38,723 nucleotides of DNA from Welwitschia mirabilis. Its lineage: Eukaryota. The position numbers and the translations under genes are program-made. Positions within the stretch are counted from its first letter, which is position 1. Every line of letters starts with the position of its first letter. Below are positions 37,801 through 38,723 of this stretch, piece after piece. The notes below the pieces were generated by a model. That model ran no database searches, had not been told where the DNA came from, and saw only the letters and a list, made by a program, of their open reading frames with translations. The stretch is taken from positions 47,286,804 through 47,325,526 of the forward strand of contig JBOZIK010000001.1 in NCBI GenBank assembly GCA_051453625.1, written 5' to 3'.

Positions 37801-38723
37801 NNNNNNNNNNNNNNNNNNNNNNNNNNNNNNNNNNNNNNNNNNNNNNNNNNNNNNNNNNNNNNNNNNNNNNNNNNNNNNNNNNNNNNNNNNNNNNNNNNNN
37901 NNNNNNNNNNNNNNNNNNNNNNNNNNNNNNNNNNNNNNNNNNNNNNNNNNNNNNNNNNNNNNNNNNNNNNNNNNNNNNNNNNNNNNNNNNNNNNNNNNNN
38001 NNNNNNNNNNNNNNNNNNNNNNNNNNNNNNNNNNNNNNNNNNNNNNNNNNNNNNNNNNNNNNNNNNNNNNNNNNNNNNNNNNNNNNNNNNNNNNNNNNNN
38101 NNNNNNNNNNNNNNNNNNNNNNNNNNNNNNNNNNNNNNNNNNNNNNNNNNNNNNNNNNNNNNNNNNNNNNNNNNNNNNNNNNNNNNNNNNNNNNNNNNNN
38201 NNNNNNNNNNNNNNNNNNNNNNNNNNNNNNNNNNNNNNNNNNNNNNNNNNNNNNNNNNNNNNNNNNNNNNNNNNNNNNNNNNNNNNNNNNNNNNNNNNNN
38301 NNNNNNNNNNNNNNNNNNNNNNNNNNNNNNNNNNNNNNNNNNNNNNNNNNNNNNNNNNNNNNNNNNNNNNNNNNNNNNNNNNNNNNNNNNNNNNNNNNNN
38401 NNNNNNNNNNNNNNNNNNNNCATTACAGTAGTTTTATTTATTCATAGGTAATGCCCCTTAGACCTATTCTTGAGTCTGAGCCTTTTGATTTTTAGGTTAT
38501 TACTTTCATAAGCCCTATTCATCCACCTTATTCTGATAAGCATTACATTTTAGTGGTTGTGGATTACATGACTAAATGGGTTCAAGCCATACATACTTCT
38601 TTGAATGATTCCTATACTATCTATTATTTTCTTAGAACTTATATATTTTAAAGGTTTATTTTTTCTAGAGTTATCATTAGTGATCAAGGTACTCATTTCA
38701 TCAATTAAATTTTTAAGAAACTT
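34850..38723 (+). pseudogene. pol: gag end/pol pseudogene of Athila-like element E (runs past the right edge)
   Basis: KALIDIEDSVNII (protease), CIDFRKLNKVTKKDH, EIFMDDF (~36563-36583), FELMCDVS, VYTDH..LIRWILL, VVVDYMTKWV, VIISDQGTHF. Confidence 0.95.
37600..38420. other. Assembly gap (821 N) within the integrase of element E
   Basis: N run. Confidence 1.

Noticed and set aside
37581..38447. Long ORFs in the track here, and those at 4996, 19490, 24504 and 24517
   Set aside because: Artefacts of translating through N runs

Overview
Very AT-rich, CpG-depleted plant (eukaryotic) nuclear DNA from a draft scaffold with four N-gaps. I find no intact host gene. The window is a nest of decayed retroelements: five Athila-like Ty3/gypsy LTR elements or fragments (A-E), a scrambled L1-type LINE remnant and possibly a Copia LTR. 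The best-defined unit is element C (12964-27824, minus strand), with both LTRs, a perfect CATGG target-site duplication, a tRNA-Asn-type PBS, gag-pol and a PPT. Its 3' accessory region holds an array of 17-bp CG-palindromes, a ~215-codon antisense ORF relic and a ~840-codon env-like/coiled-coil ORF relic that runs almost to the PPT. Each 100-N gap is flanked by diverged overlapping paralogous sequence, so the scaffold is probably chimeric. All coding calls are pseudogenes read through stops and frameshifts by eye, family assignments rest on remembered motifs, and identity figures are visual estimates.
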